Assembly (NCBI GenBank): GCA_965220965.1
Contig: OZ244852.1
Location: 2,624,001-2,688,000 of the forward strand
Direction: 5' to 3'
Length of the DNA stretch: 64,000 nt
Source: Candidatus Marinacidobacterium sp.
GTDB lineage: Bacteria > Acidobacteriota > Vicinamibacteria > Marinacidobacterales > Marinacidobacteraceae
Positions 41,694 to 51,235 of this stretch are shown in pieces (positions within the stretch are counted from its first letter, which is position 1; each line of letters opens with the position of its first letter). The position numbers and the translations under genes are program-made. The notes below the pieces were generated by a model. That model saw only the letters and a program-made list of their open reading frames with translations. It was not told where the DNA came from and ran no database searches.

Positions 41694-43757
41694 TCAGTCC
41701 TTCGAGCGGTGCGCCTCGATGAGCTGCTTCGCGAGGTTGGCGGGCACCGGCTCGTAGTGCGAGAACTCCATGTGGAAGCCGCCGCGGCCGCCGGTGAGTG
41801 AGGTCAGCGTCGGTTCGTAGGTGAGCATCTCCGCCATCGGCGCCTGGGCCTGGATGGCGGTCTTGTCTCCCTTCTTGTCCATCCCCTGCGTCCGGCCGCG
41901 CCGGGCGTTCAGGTCCCCGAGCACATCTCCGGTGGCGTCATCCGGAACGGTGATCTCGACCGACATGATGGGTTCGAGCAGCGTCGGCCGGCACTGCGCC
42001 ATCGCGTCCTTGAACGCGAGCGAGGCGGCGATCTTGAAGGCGATCTCGGAGGAGTCCACCGCGTGGAACTTCCCGTCGAAGACGGTGGCCTTGAAGTCCA
42101 CGACCGGGTACCCCGCCAGGTAGCCCTTCTGCCTCGCCTCCTGGAAGCCCTTTTCGATCGCGGGGATGAACTGGCGCGGGATCGCGCCCCCCACGATCTT
42201 GCTCTCGAACTGGAAGTCCTCCCCGCGCTCCAGGGGCTCGACCCGCACGTGGCAGTCGGCGAACTGCCCGTGTCCCCCGGTCTGCTTCTTGTGGCGGCCG
42301 TGCGCTTCGGCCGAAGCCGTGATCGTCTCCCGGTACGGGACCCGCGGCGGCTTCAGGTCGACCTCGACGCCGTACTTGCGCTTGAGGCGCGAGACCACGA
42401 TCTCGATGTGAAGCTGTCCGGTTCCCGAGAGGCGCAGTTCCTGGTCCCGTTCGAAGCGGAGCGTGAGGTCCTCCTCGGCGAGCCGGTTGAGCGCCTGGGA
42501 GATCTTCTCCTCGTCGCCGCGCGAACGGGGCTCGATGGCGAAGCTGATGACCGGGTGGGGAACCTCGGGTCGGACGAAGCGGATCCCGTCCTCGATCGCG
42601 AGGGTGTCTCCGGTCGCGGTGTCCTTCAGCTTGGCGAAACACCCCAGGTCGCCGGCGGCCAGCGACGTCACCGCCTCCAGGTTCTTGCCGTTCATCAGGT
42701 TGACGCCGCCGATCCGCTCCATCGTCCCGTTCGTCAGGTTCCGGAGCGGCTCGTCCGCGGTGAGCGTCCCGGTCATGACCCGGAAGAGGCTGAGCCGTCC
42801 CGCAAAGGGGTCGGCGATGGTCTTGAACACGTAGACCCGGGGGGATTCGTCGGCGGAGACCGCGCATTCCGCCGGCTCCCCGTCCGCGGAGACGCCGCGG
42901 GCGGGGCCGCGGCCGGCCGGCTCGGGGGCGACGCCGGCGATCAGGTCGAGGAGCGCCGCGGCGCCGATGTTCCGGGCGCCAGAGGTGGCCACCACCGGAA
43001 AGATCTCGCGGGCCGCGACGCCCTTGCGCAGTCCCTCGACCATCTCCTCCGCGCTCAGTTCGCCCTCGTCGAAGAACCGCTCCATGAGCGCTTCGTCGGA
43101 TTCGGCGATCATCTCCATGAGCTCCGAACGGGCTTCCTCGGCCGCCTCCCGGAGTTCGTCCGGAACGTCCCCGACCTCGGGCGTCCGGGCCTCCGGCCCG
43201 GGTCCGCTCACCGCCTTCATCCGGATCAGGTCCACAACGCCGGAGAACCCGGACTCGCTGCCGATGGGCAACTGGACCGGGATGGCGGTCCTGCCGAAGG
43301 TCTCCTGGATCCCGGCGACCGCCCGGTTGAAGGAGGCGCGATCCCGGTCCAGCCGGCTGACCGCGAAGATCACCGCGGCCTTCCCCGCCTCCGCGAAATT
43401 CCAGACGCGCTCGGTGTTCACGCCGACTCCGTCCACGCCGCAGACCGAAATCAGCGCGGTGTCCGCGGCCGGCATGGCGAGCCGGGCCTCGGTGAGGAAG
43501 TTGCTGTAGCCCGGCGTGTCGAGCAGATTGATCTTGGCGCCCTCCCACTCGCAGCGGGTCAGGGCGGCGCTCAGGCTGTGCCCGCGCGCGATTTCGTCGT
43601 CATCAAAGTCGGTGACCGTGTTGCCCTCTTCGACGCGCCCGAGGCGGGTCACGGCGCCGGCGCTGTAGAGAAGCGCCGAGACGAGGGTCGTCTTGCCCGA
43701 TGTGCCGTGGCCGGCGACGGCGAGGTTCCGGATGTCGGCGGTCTGGGTGTGGCTCAT
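41694..43757 (-). CDS. fusA2: Elongation factor G paralogue (EF-G2/EF-G II type)
   Basis: Full five-domain EF-G layout with GHGTSGKTT, RGHSL, DTPGY, SRLD, HKKQTGGHGQF, VDSSE.AF. Confidence 0.9.
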   Translation of the reverse strand: MSHTQTADIRNLAVAGHGTSGKTTLVSALLYSAGAVTRLGRVEEGNTVTDFDDDEIARGHSLSAALTRCEWEGAKINLLDTPGYSNFLTEARLAMPAADTALISVCGVDGVGVNTERVWNFAEAGKAAVIFAVSRLDRDRASFNRAVAGIQETFGRTAIPVQLPIGSESGFSGVVDLIRMKAVSGPGPEARTPEVGDVPDELREAAEEARSELMEMIAESDEALMERFFDEGELSAEEMVEGLRKGVAAREIFPVVATSGARNIGAAALLDLIAGVAPEPAGRGPARGVSADGEPAECAVSADESPRVYVFKTIADPFAGRLSLFRVMTGTLTADEPLRNLTNGTMERIGGVNLMNGKNLEAVTSLAAGDLGCFAKLKDTATGDTLAIEDGIRFVRPEVPHPVISFAIEPRSRGDEEKISQALNRLAEEDLTLRFERDQELRLSGTGQLHIEIVVSRLKRKYGVEVDLKPPRVPYRETITASAEAHGRHKKQTGGHGQFADCHVRVEPLERGEDFQFESKIVGGAIPRQFIPAIEKGFQEARQKGYLAGYPVVDFKATVFDGKFHAVDSSEIAFKIAASLAFKDAMAQCRPTLLEPIMSVEITVPDDATGDVLGDLNARRGRTQGMDKKGDKTAIQAQAPMAEMLTYEPTLTSLTGGRGGFHMEFSHYEPVPANLAKQLIEAHRSKD

Positions 43758-43991
43758 GCTCCTCCCTTCACGGGGGCTGGTTCGATCGCCGGGAGGGCGC
43801 CCTTCGCCCTCGCCGGGAAATGGGGTCTGGACGGTTCAAACCCCGGAACGCCAAGCCGCAAGGGCGGCCGAAACGCAACCTCCGATCCTACCATTCCGGG
43901 GGCCGTTCGCGGGCCGCCACGGATTCCCGGAAGGGACAGGCTGCTAGGCTCTTCCCGGGGCTTCGGTGGGGGCGCCGGACCCCCGAATCAC

Positions 43992-44969
43992 GTGCCGTCT
44001 CGGACCCGCTTCCTCCGGGGAGGTCGCCGCCAGCCGGTGGCGCTCGCTTTCCGGCGCGGGGGACTGGTGGCCCGGACGGTGGACGGCCGCTGGACCTGGA
44101 CCCATCTGGCCGCCGACTTCCTGAACCCGTCGCCGACGGACCCGAACCTCGCCTCGTCCGCCGAAGCGGCGCGGTCGGTGGTGGCGACGCTCGGGAGGCT
44201 GGAAGACGGGGTTCCCTTCAACGAAGCGGTCGTCGCGATCCCGGACCGCGCGGCGCACGCCGCCCTGACGGACCAGGCTGGCGCCGGCGGCCTGCGCCGG
44301 CTCCGCAGCGATCTGGTGGCCGCCCTCACCGCCAGCGCCGGCCCGACTCCCGCGGCGATCGATCGCCGGTTCCGCTTCGGGGCGCTCCCCAGCGGACCGC
44401 GTCGGCGTCGGTCGGTTCTGGGCGCGGTCAGCGGCGCCTCGGTGGTTCATCAGTACGAGACGGCGGTGGAAGCGGCCGGACCGGCCGTGCGCTGGGTGGA
44501 CGCGGTGAGTCTCGCGGTCCTCCCCGAGTGGCTGGCTTCCCCCGCGTCGGCGGCCTGGCGGGCCCTGGCGCTGCTCCACCCGCGTCACTTCGTTCTGGTC
44601 GTCGCCGAGGGTTTCCGGTTGACCGGCTTCCGGATGCGCCTCCGGGCCCGGCTGGACCCGGACCCGGTGGTGCTGGCGGCGCGCCGGTTGGCCGCCGACG
44701 GCGCCGCTCCCGGGTTCGCCGTCTGGGGCGACGGCGCCGGGGCGGTTGCGGAGCGCCTCGGCGAAGCGGGAATCACCGTGGACGAAGTTCGCTCGGCTTC
44801 GCCGCCCTCCGAGGGCGGTCCGGCGCTCTCTCCCGTGCTGGACGAGTCGCTCCAGGCGCTCCTCCGGCGGGTGGGCGCGAGGCCGGCGCCGCTCTCCGGA
44901 GCGCCGGTCCCCTCCACCGAGCGAGTCGAGGCGCCGCCGATCTCACCGCGGGCGGCGGCCGGCCCATGA
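43992..44969 (+). CDS. PilM/GspL-like cytoplasmic assembly protein (putative)
   Basis: L.PSP..PNL, AVVAIPD, V..YE..VEAAG..V..V...SLA pattern recalls actin-like PilM/GspL proteins; first of three coupled genes; start GTG 43992 uncertain. Confidence 0.5.
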   Translation: MPSRTRFLRGGRRQPVALAFRRGGLVARTVDGRWTWTHLAADFLNPSPTDPNLASSAEAARSVVATLGRLEDGVPFNEAVVAIPDRAAHAALTDQAGAGGLRRLRSDLVAALTASAGPTPAAIDRRFRFGALPSGPRRRRSVLGAVSGASVVHQYETAVEAAGPAVRWVDAVSLAVLPEWLASPASAAWRALALLHPRHFVLVVAEGFRLTGFRMRLRARLDPDPVVLAARRLAADGAAPGFAVWGDGAGAVAERLGEAGITVDEVRSASPPSEGGPALSPVLDESLQALLRRVGARPAPLSGAPVPSTERVEAPPISPRAAAGP

Positions 44970-45517
44970 AGCGCGTTCCTCCGGGGATCCAGCTCGGAAA
45001 GACGAACTCCCCGGTTCTGCTTCGCGCGGCGTCCGCCGCCGTCGGACTCGCGTTGCTCGCCGGGCTGGGCGGAGCCGTTTCGCTCTGGCGCGGCGCTGCG
45101 GCGCTCCGGGCGATCGAAATGGAAGGATCCGGAGCGGTTTCCGGCCTCCCCATCGATGCCCCCGCCGCTCTCGACCTGATTCGCGTCGGGGAAACCGCGG
45201 CGCTGCTCCACGTCGGGGCTGGCGGGAACGCCCCCCGGTTCGGAGCGGTGCTGGACGTTCTGGGTGACGCCGCGCCGGACGGTCTGCGGATCACCGGGAT
45301 CGAACTGCGCCCGGGCGCCGAGCCGGGGATCGTGGAGGCTTCCATCGCCGCCGAGGCGCCGGACTCCAACCGGATCGCCGCCTTCCTCGCCGCGCTGGCC
45401 GGTCTCGATCCGGTGCGATCCACCCGGGAGATTCAGGAGAGCCGCGCCACCGGCGGCGCCGCGACGGTCCGGGTGAGCCTCCGCTTCGACGCCGGCGCCG
45501 GGGACGGAGTTCGCTGA
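44966..45517 (+). CDS. PilN-like bitopic membrane protein (putative)
   Basis: N-terminal TM helix, then VL..L...AP.G.RIT.I.L...I.AEA....IAAFLAAL ferredoxin-like pattern; ATGA overlap. Confidence 0.55.
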   Translation: MKRVPPGIQLGKTNSPVLLRAASAAVGLALLAGLGGAVSLWRGAAALRAIEMEGSGAVSGLPIDAPAALDLIRVGETAALLHVGAGGNAPRFGAVLDVLGDAAPDGLRITGIELRPGAEPGIVEASIAAEAPDSNRIAAFLAALAGLDPVRSTREIQESRATGGAATVRVSLRFDAGAGDGVR

Positions 45518-46449
45518 TGGTGGATCCCCGCTTCCGCGTTCGTCTCCTGCTCCTGCTCCTCTTCGGGTCCGGGGCCTGGCTCCTCTGGCGGGAGTCGGGA
45601 GAGCTGTCCTCCCGGGTCGCGGCGGCGCGCGCCGGCCGGGATGCGGCCTTGCGCGCCGGGCTCGCCGAGCGCGAGCGGGTCGAGGCGGAGCAGCGCTTCG
45701 CCCGGCTAGCGGAGGCTCTCGCCGCCCGGGAGACGCCGCCGACGAGTCCCGCCGGGCTCCGCGACGGCCTTCTCGCCGCCGCCCGTTCTTCGGGAGTCGA
45801 TCTCGCCAGTTCGCGGGTGCAGCCGCTCCTCCGGCCGCCCGACGGGACCCGCGGCGCCGAGGCCCGGCTGACCGCGGAGGGCGACGGCGCGTCGCTTCGG
45901 CGCTTTCTGAACGCGGTGGAGGGGAGGGGATGGCCCCTTCGCGCCGACCGGGTTCAGTTGGCGCTCCGCTCCGCCGAACGCGGGGTTCTCAGCGCCACGT
46001 TCACGGTCCTCTGGCCCGACCCGGCGACCACGATCACCGAATCCGGGGCCGCCCGCCTGGCGGCCGACCCGCGCATCGATCGGCTCGTCGACTGGCTGGC
46101 CGCCCGCCCCGACGCGGTTCCTTCCGGAGGATCGCCGGGGGCGCTCCAGGAGGGTGGGGAGACCCCCGATCCGGTTCTTCTCGCGGGAGACGCCGATCCG
46201 CCCGGGAGAGGCTCCCCGGGCGCCGCGCCACCGGTCGCCGACTTCGCCTCCCGTCTTCCCCGTCTCCACGGGTTCGTCGAGGTCGGGCCCGGCGACCCGG
46301 TCCGCGCCGCTCTTTCCTACCGGGGAATGCTGAATCTGGTCGCCGTGGGGGAGCGCCTCGGCGAGTACGTGGTCGTGGAGCTCACGCCTTCGGACGCCGT
46401 CGTTCTCGCCCATCCCGACGAGCCCCCGCTCCGTCTGACGCTGCGTTAG
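45517..46449 (+). CDS. PilO/GspM-like protein with Pro-rich linker and C-terminal PilP/GspC-HR-like domain (putative)
   Basis: TM, coiled coil, L..AARSSGV.L, LTAEG...SLRRFL.AVE; C-terminus L.G...AAL.......VAVGERLGEY.V.EL....V.L. Confidence 0.5.
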   Translation: MVDPRFRVRLLLLLLFGSGAWLLWRESGELSSRVAAARAGRDAALRAGLAERERVEAEQRFARLAEALAARETPPTSPAGLRDGLLAAARSSGVDLASSRVQPLLRPPDGTRGAEARLTAEGDGASLRRFLNAVEGRGWPLRADRVQLALRSAERGVLSATFTVLWPDPATTITESGAARLAADPRIDRLVDWLAARPDAVPSGGSPGALQEGGETPDPVLLAGDADPPGRGSPGAAPPVADFASRLPRLHGFVEVGPGDPVRAALSYRGMLNLVAVGERLGEYVVVELTPSDAVVLAHPDEPPLRLTLR

Positions 46450-46459
46450 CAGAGGCCGG

Positions 46460-47110
46460 TCATCCGGGGCTGCGCTCCCGGGCGGCGCGGAGTTTCGCAA
46501 GCTCCTCGCCGAGTTGCGCCTGCTCGGCGCGGAGGCGTGGGAGGTCGAGCGCGCTCCCGAAGGCGTTGGGGTTTCTCGGGGCGTACGGCAGCCCGCTCGC
46601 TCCCATGCGATTCAGGGCGGCCTCGATGTCCAGCAGCCGCTCTTCGATCTCCGATTCGCGGCGCCGGGCCTCCTCCGGCGTGAGCCCCTCGGAGGAGACC
46701 CGCTCCTCCGCATCCGGCGGCGCTCCTTCCCGGAACTCCCGCTCGCCTCCCTCGTCCGGGGACGGTCCGGCGCCGGGCCCGTCCGGGCGGACGGTGGGGC
46801 TGGACGGGGCCGGGGGGCCTTCTGCGTCCCGGGCCTCCAGCGCCGTGTCGTCATAGCGGGCCGCCGGGCCGTGGGCGGCGCGGCTCGCGAGGATGCGGGC
46901 GCGATTCCGGCGGGCCGCCTCCACCAGCGTCGCAGCGACGGGCGCCGGCTGGCCGATCGCCGGGACCGGCGCAGCGAGCCCGCCGGCGGCGAGCGCCGCG
47001 AGCAGGAGGATCCGTCTATGCGACGGGGTTGCCGAAACGGTCCCGGAGAACGTACGGCGGGAGTCCGTAGTCCTCGCGGAACATCTGGGTGCGAACGGAG
47101 CCGGTGGCAT
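46460..47110 (-). CDS. Small secreted coiled-coil hypothetical protein (true start probably near 47018)
   Basis: Signal-like RRILLLAALAAGGLAAP, LVEAARRNRAR segment, C-terminal helices; start codon problematic (see findings). Confidence 0.55.
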   Translation of the reverse strand: MPPAPFAPRCSARTTDSRRTFSGTVSATPSHRRILLLAALAAGGLAAPVPAIGQPAPVAATLVEAARRNRARILASRAAHGPAARYDDTALEARDAEGPPAPSSPTVRPDGPGAGPSPDEGGEREFREGAPPDAEERVSSEGLTPEEARRRESEIEERLLDIEAALNRMGASGLPYAPRNPNAFGSALDLPRLRAEQAQLGEELAKLRAARERSPG

Positions 47111-48260
47111 GGCGCGCCAGGTCCCTCCCGGTGAGCAGATAAACGACGGTGGGGCAAAGGTCGCGCCGCATGACCATCTCGGGGAAGACGGCGCCCCGGC
47201 GGAAGTCGGGGCCGACTCCGAGCGTCCAGACGTTGTGGGCGTAGTAGTTCCCCTGGGAGTGGTGGAGCTGTCCGTAGACGTTCACCTCGTCGTCCCGGCC
47301 GCACTCGGGCCGGAGCAGGATCGAGGTGGTCTCCGCCAGGTAGGGGTCGTTCCGGATGAACGCCCAGAGATTGCCGACGAGCTCGTCGGTTGCGGCGATG
47401 TGCCGCCGGTACTGCTCGTAGTCGGTGTCGTAGTCCCAGAAGCCGGCGTCGGCGTGGGCGTCGTCCAGCGCCAGCATCTGGATCGTGATCAGCTTCGGAC
47501 GGAATTCCGACAGCAGGTGCTTCGCGATCTCGAAACACTGGCCGTCTCCGAGCGGAACCTCCCGGTCCACGAGCGAGGTGCGCGTCGACGCGGGCAGGTG
47601 GATCCGCCGCGCGCGGGCGTCCGCGATCCAGTCCTCGAGGTCGGCCAGCGTGCGCTCCGTGTGGCCCAGCCCCGGCTCGATGTTCGCCCCGACCAGATCG
47701 GCGGGCGAGCGGCGCTCCTCCTCGTGGAACACCTTGTTCATGGTGAGCGAGTTCGCTCCGAACTCGAGACCGCCTTCCGGGTGAGCGCTCCAGTGCTTGC
47801 GGTCGTAGACCCAGGAGCGGTAGTAGCTGACGCCCTGGAGCATCCAGAAGTCGTTCGGGGACCCGCCGAGTTCGCGTCGCGCCATCTCGGTCCAGGTGGG
47901 GTAGCGGGGGTGCTCGGAGACGGTCTCCCGGCCGGTGATCATCTCGGTGTACATGTAGCCGTGGAGGTTCGCGGTCTCGCCGAAGTCCTCGGTGAACACG
48001 CTGCCTTCGGCCATCATCCGCGCCATGTGCGGGGCGTGCGCCGGATCCTCCACCGTGTCCTTCTTGCGGCAGCCGTTGCCGTAGAGGATCACCACGAGGT
48101 GTTTCGTCCTCAGGCTACGGTCCGGGACGAGCGCCTCCCGTTCCGCCGGAGTCGCGAGGGCTCCGGGCGCCGCGGCGCCGATCGCCGCCGCGCCGGCGGC
48201 GCCCAGAAACGCCCGCCGATCCGGCAGCGTCTTCCAGGCCGTCTTCCGGTCCTCGTTCAT
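47016..48260 (-). CDS. Tat-exported alkaline phosphatase/sulfatase-superfamily protein
   Basis: DRRAFLG twin-arginine signal; KHLVVIL, AP.M....AEG..F, DDAH, Y...I...DE.VG.LW, TSILL, DL.PT...L. Confidence 0.65.
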   Translation of the reverse strand: MNEDRKTAWKTLPDRRAFLGAAGAAAIGAAAPGALATPAEREALVPDRSLRTKHLVVILYGNGCRKKDTVEDPAHAPHMARMMAEGSVFTEDFGETANLHGYMYTEMITGRETVSEHPRYPTWTEMARRELGGSPNDFWMLQGVSYYRSWVYDRKHWSAHPEGGLEFGANSLTMNKVFHEEERRSPADLVGANIEPGLGHTERTLADLEDWIADARARRIHLPASTRTSLVDREVPLGDGQCFEIAKHLLSEFRPKLITIQMLALDDAHADAGFWDYDTDYEQYRRHIAATDELVGNLWAFIRNDPYLAETTSILLRPECGRDDEVNVYGQLHHSQGNYYAHNVWTLGVGPDFRRGAVFPEMVMRRDLCPTVVYLLTGRDLARHATGSVRTQMFREDYGLPPYVLRDRFGNPVA

Positions 48261-49756
48261 TCCCGCCTCCGGTCGCCGGCTCCGTTTCCGTCCCCCAGGA
48301 AATCCACGAACAGATCGCGCACTTCCTCATCGCGCACCGGGTTCAGGTTCCGGTAGTTCCGGGCGCGGTCCGACAGGTTGACCCGGGAGACCCGGTAGCG
48401 GCCGCTCTCCCGCCAGGGCTCCAGCTTCAGGGCCCCGCGGAACACGTTGGGCTGCGGGACCAGCGAGGGCCGGTTCAGCGGCGGGTTGCGGCTCTCCAGC
48501 TCCACCCGCACGAGGTCGGCGCCGCTCGGGCTCTGGAACGAGACGTAGACCCGGTCCACGCCGCTCAGGTCGTCCTCCACCAGCGCCGCGACCGGGATCG
48601 TCTCGCCGGCGGGCGCCTGACGGAGCGGAAGCTCCAGCGCCAGCAGGACCGGCGGTTCGTCGTCCTGCTTCGCCGGATCGGCCTCCACCTGGACCGCAGC
48701 GTCCCGCAGCGAGGGATGGGTTGCGGCGAAGAGCAGCGCCTGGTTCCGCGCCGCGTCGTAGAGCTCCAGCTTCTGCATCGACCAGGTCCCGCCCTCGTAC
48801 CACTCGGGGATCGTGAAGGCCCCGAGGAACCGTCCCGGCCGCCGCGCATCCCCGATGAGGTCCACCCGCACCCGCCGGGTCTTCGACGGGCTCTCGAACA
48901 CCGCCCGCGCCTGGGTGGGGCCGGCGAGGTCGTCCTCGGCGAAGGCCTCCACCCGGATCGCCTCCCCGGGACCCACCGCGGGGGTGAGGACCCCGATCGA
49001 GGTCAGCGTGGGCGGGGTGAGGTCGGCTTCCGGGTTCTCGCTCACCACGAAATGCGACGGCGTGCCGTCCGGGGCGCGCATCACCGGGTTGAACTCCGTC
49101 GAGTACGCCTTCTTGCGGCCGTATTCGTCGGTGATCATCGTGGAGCCGATGTTGTAGCGGCCTCCCGGGTGGTGGCGGTCCACCTTGCCCCGCCCCAGGT
49201 AGAGGTTCCGGTTGGTGGCGTGCGGCTTGAAGTTCACGTAGACCACCGCCGCGCGGCCATGGTCCTGGCTCCAGAACTCGGCCACGAAACGGCGGCCCTT
49301 CTCGAACGCCGGCTCGACCCGGGCGATCGCCCGCACCGTGTCGCCGGGGTCGACCGCGAGGTCGATGACCCGGAGCTCGGTGAGCGCCACCGAGCGGTGC
49401 TCGCCGCTCAGGTCTCCCTGGGAGAGCTGCGTTCCCCGGCGGCGGTACTGGAACACCTCGGGGATGTAGTCCTCGTCGGCGACCCCGAGCTGGCCGGTCA
49501 CGTCGGCGCTCGCCGGCTCCGTCCCGAGCGTGACGTCCTCGAGAACCCCAAACGGGTAGGCGGCCGGATCCCGCTCCTCGGCGGGCGCCTCGGCTTCGGC
49601 GGGCGGCCGTTCCTGCGGCTGGCCTTCCCGGGAGAACGCGGCGCCCGCGCCTGATGCGAGGATCGCGGCGGCAAGGATCGGGGGGAAGCCCACCGGGAGG
49701 AGCGCCGGCGTCCGCCCGGACCCCAGGGGCGAGGACGACCTCACACTCCGCTCCAC
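48257..49756 (-). CDS. Secreted protein with three tandem Ig-like beta-sandwich repeats
   Basis: Hydrophobic signal region; repeats D..PP.L...GE.I.V.A..EDDL.G.....F.SPS...G.W/Y......L.D.ARN. Confidence 0.65.
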   Translation of the reverse strand: MERSVRSSSPLGSGRTPALLPVGFPPILAAAILASGAGAAFSREGQPQERPPAEAEAPAEERDPAAYPFGVLEDVTLGTEPASADVTGQLGVADEDYIPEVFQYRRRGTQLSQGDLSGEHRSVALTELRVIDLAVDPGDTVRAIARVEPAFEKGRRFVAEFWSQDHGRAAVVYVNFKPHATNRNLYLGRGKVDRHHPGGRYNIGSTMITDEYGRKKAYSTEFNPVMRAPDGTPSHFVVSENPEADLTPPTLTSIGVLTPAVGPGEAIRVEAFAEDDLAGPTQARAVFESPSKTRRVRVDLIGDARRPGRFLGAFTIPEWYEGGTWSMQKLELYDAARNQALLFAATHPSLRDAAVQVEADPAKQDDEPPVLLALELPLRQAPAGETIPVAALVEDDLSGVDRVYVSFQSPSGADLVRVELESRNPPLNRPSLVPQPNVFRGALKLEPWRESGRYRVSRVNLSDRARNYRNLNPVRDEEVRDLFVDFLGDGNGAGDRRRE

Positions 49757-49927
49757 GAACCCACGCTTCCGATCCCGTGTTCCCGCAATCGGGACCGAAT
49801 CGTCAATATATCATCCGCTCCGGCGCTCCACCGGACCCGGCGCACTCCGGCCGGACGCGCCCCCCGGTCCTTCCCCGGGCTTCCCGGAAACTCCCGCGCC
49901 GACCCATTCGGAGGACCACGTCGGACG

Positions 49928-51235
49928 ATGCCGCTCTTTGCCCGCCGTTTCGGCCACATGGGGACCGAGAACGCCTTCAAGATCGGGGAGGACATGGCGC
50001 GGGCGCGCGCCCGCGGCGTGGACGTGATCCCCTTCACGATCGGCGAGCCGGACTTCGACAGCGCACCGCACATCAACGAAGCCGGGATCGCCGCGATCCG
50101 CGCCGGAGACACCCACTACACCGATCCCGCCGGCATCCCGCCGCTGCGCGAGGCGCTCGCCGCCCATGTCTCGCGCACCCGGGGCATCGAGGTGACTTCC
50201 GACCGGATCATCGTTCTCCCCGGCGCCAAGCCGGCCATCGGCTACACGATGATGGCCTACGTGGATCCCGGCGACGAGGTCATCTACCCGAGCCCCGGGT
50301 TCCCGATCTACGAGTCCTGGGTCACCTACCTCGGCGGCGTCCCGAAACCGCTCGTGCTGCGCGAGGAGCGCGGCTTCTCCTTCACCGCGGAGGATCTGGA
50401 CCGGCTCCTGACGCCGAAGACCAAGGTCCTCATGCTCTGCTCCCCCTCGAACCCCACCGGCGGGGTCCTGCCCCGGAGCCTTCTCCTCGAGGTCGCCGAA
50501 CTGGTGCGGGAACGCGGTCGGCCGGACATCCGGATCTACTCCGACGAGATCTACGAGCACATCACCTTCGACGGGTTCGAGCACACCTCGATGGCCTCGC
50601 TGCCGGGGATGGAGCGCTCCACGATCATCGCCAGCGGCCACTCCAAGGGATTCGCGATGACCGGCTGGCGCCTCGGCTGGTGCGTGCTCCCGACCGCGGA
50701 GGAAGCGCTCCGCTTCAAGCAGATCAACATCAACACCGTGAGCTGCGTGCCGCCCTTCATCCAGCAGGCGGCCCGCGAGGCGCTCGAGAACCCGCTCACC
50801 CGGGGCGTCGTCAGCGACATGGTCGCGGAGTTCCGCCGCCGGCGGGACTACGTGGTTCCGGCGCTGAACGCCATCCCCGGCGTGACCTGCGCCAACCCCC
50901 TCGGGGCCTTCTACGTCTTCCCGAACATCACCGGGGTCTGCGACGACCTCGGCGCCACCGCCGCGTTCGACGCCTTCCCGGACGAGGTGAAGGCCAGGAC
51001 GAGCCCGGCGACGCTGGTGTCCCGCTTCCTCCTTTACTACCACGGCGTCGCCCTGGTGGATCGCCGCAGCTTCGGCGTCCTCGGAAGCGAGGGCCAGAAC
51101 TTCCTGCGGCTCTCCTACGCCGCGGACATGGACTCGATCCGCGAGGGCGTCAGCCGGATCGCCCGCGGGGCCTCCGACCGGGACGGCTTCGCCCGTTTCC
51201 TCGCCGACGAGACCGCCGTTGGAGTCGCAGCATGA
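49928..51235 (+). CDS. PLP-dependent aminotransferase class I/II (AspC-like)
   Basis: GEPDF, YT..AGIP.LR, SPSNPTG, SDEIY, SKGFAMTGWRLG, GAFYVF. Confidence 0.93.
   Translation: MPLFARRFGHMGTENAFKIGEDMARARARGVDVIPFTIGEPDFDSAPHINEAGIAAIRAGDTHYTDPAGIPPLREALAAHVSRTRGIEVTSDRIIVLPGAKPAIGYTMMAYVDPGDEVIYPSPGFPIYESWVTYLGGVPKPLVLREERGFSFTAEDLDRLLTPKTKVLMLCSPSNPTGGVLPRSLLLEVAELVRERGRPDIRIYSDEIYEHITFDGFEHTSMASLPGMERSTIIASGHSKGFAMTGWRLGWCVLPTAEEALRFKQININTVSCVPPFIQQAAREALENPLTRGVVSDMVAEFRRRRDYVVPALNAIPGVTCANPLGAFYVFPNITGVCDDLGATAAFDAFPDEVKARTSPATLVSRFLLYYHGVALVDRRSFGVLGSEGQNFLRLSYAADMDSIREGVSRIARGASDRDGFARFLADETAVGVAA

Noticed and set aside
42063-44969. 968-aa ORF suggesting a large fusion protein
   Set aside because: The first two-thirds is the antisense shadow of the EF-G2 gene; only the part from about 43992 looks like a real protein
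49781-49814. TCCCG-CAAT-CGGGA inverted repeat next to a TATCAT box in the divergent promoter region
   Set aside because: 5-bp arms are not significant at this GC content and no regulator is adjacent; cannot support an operator call
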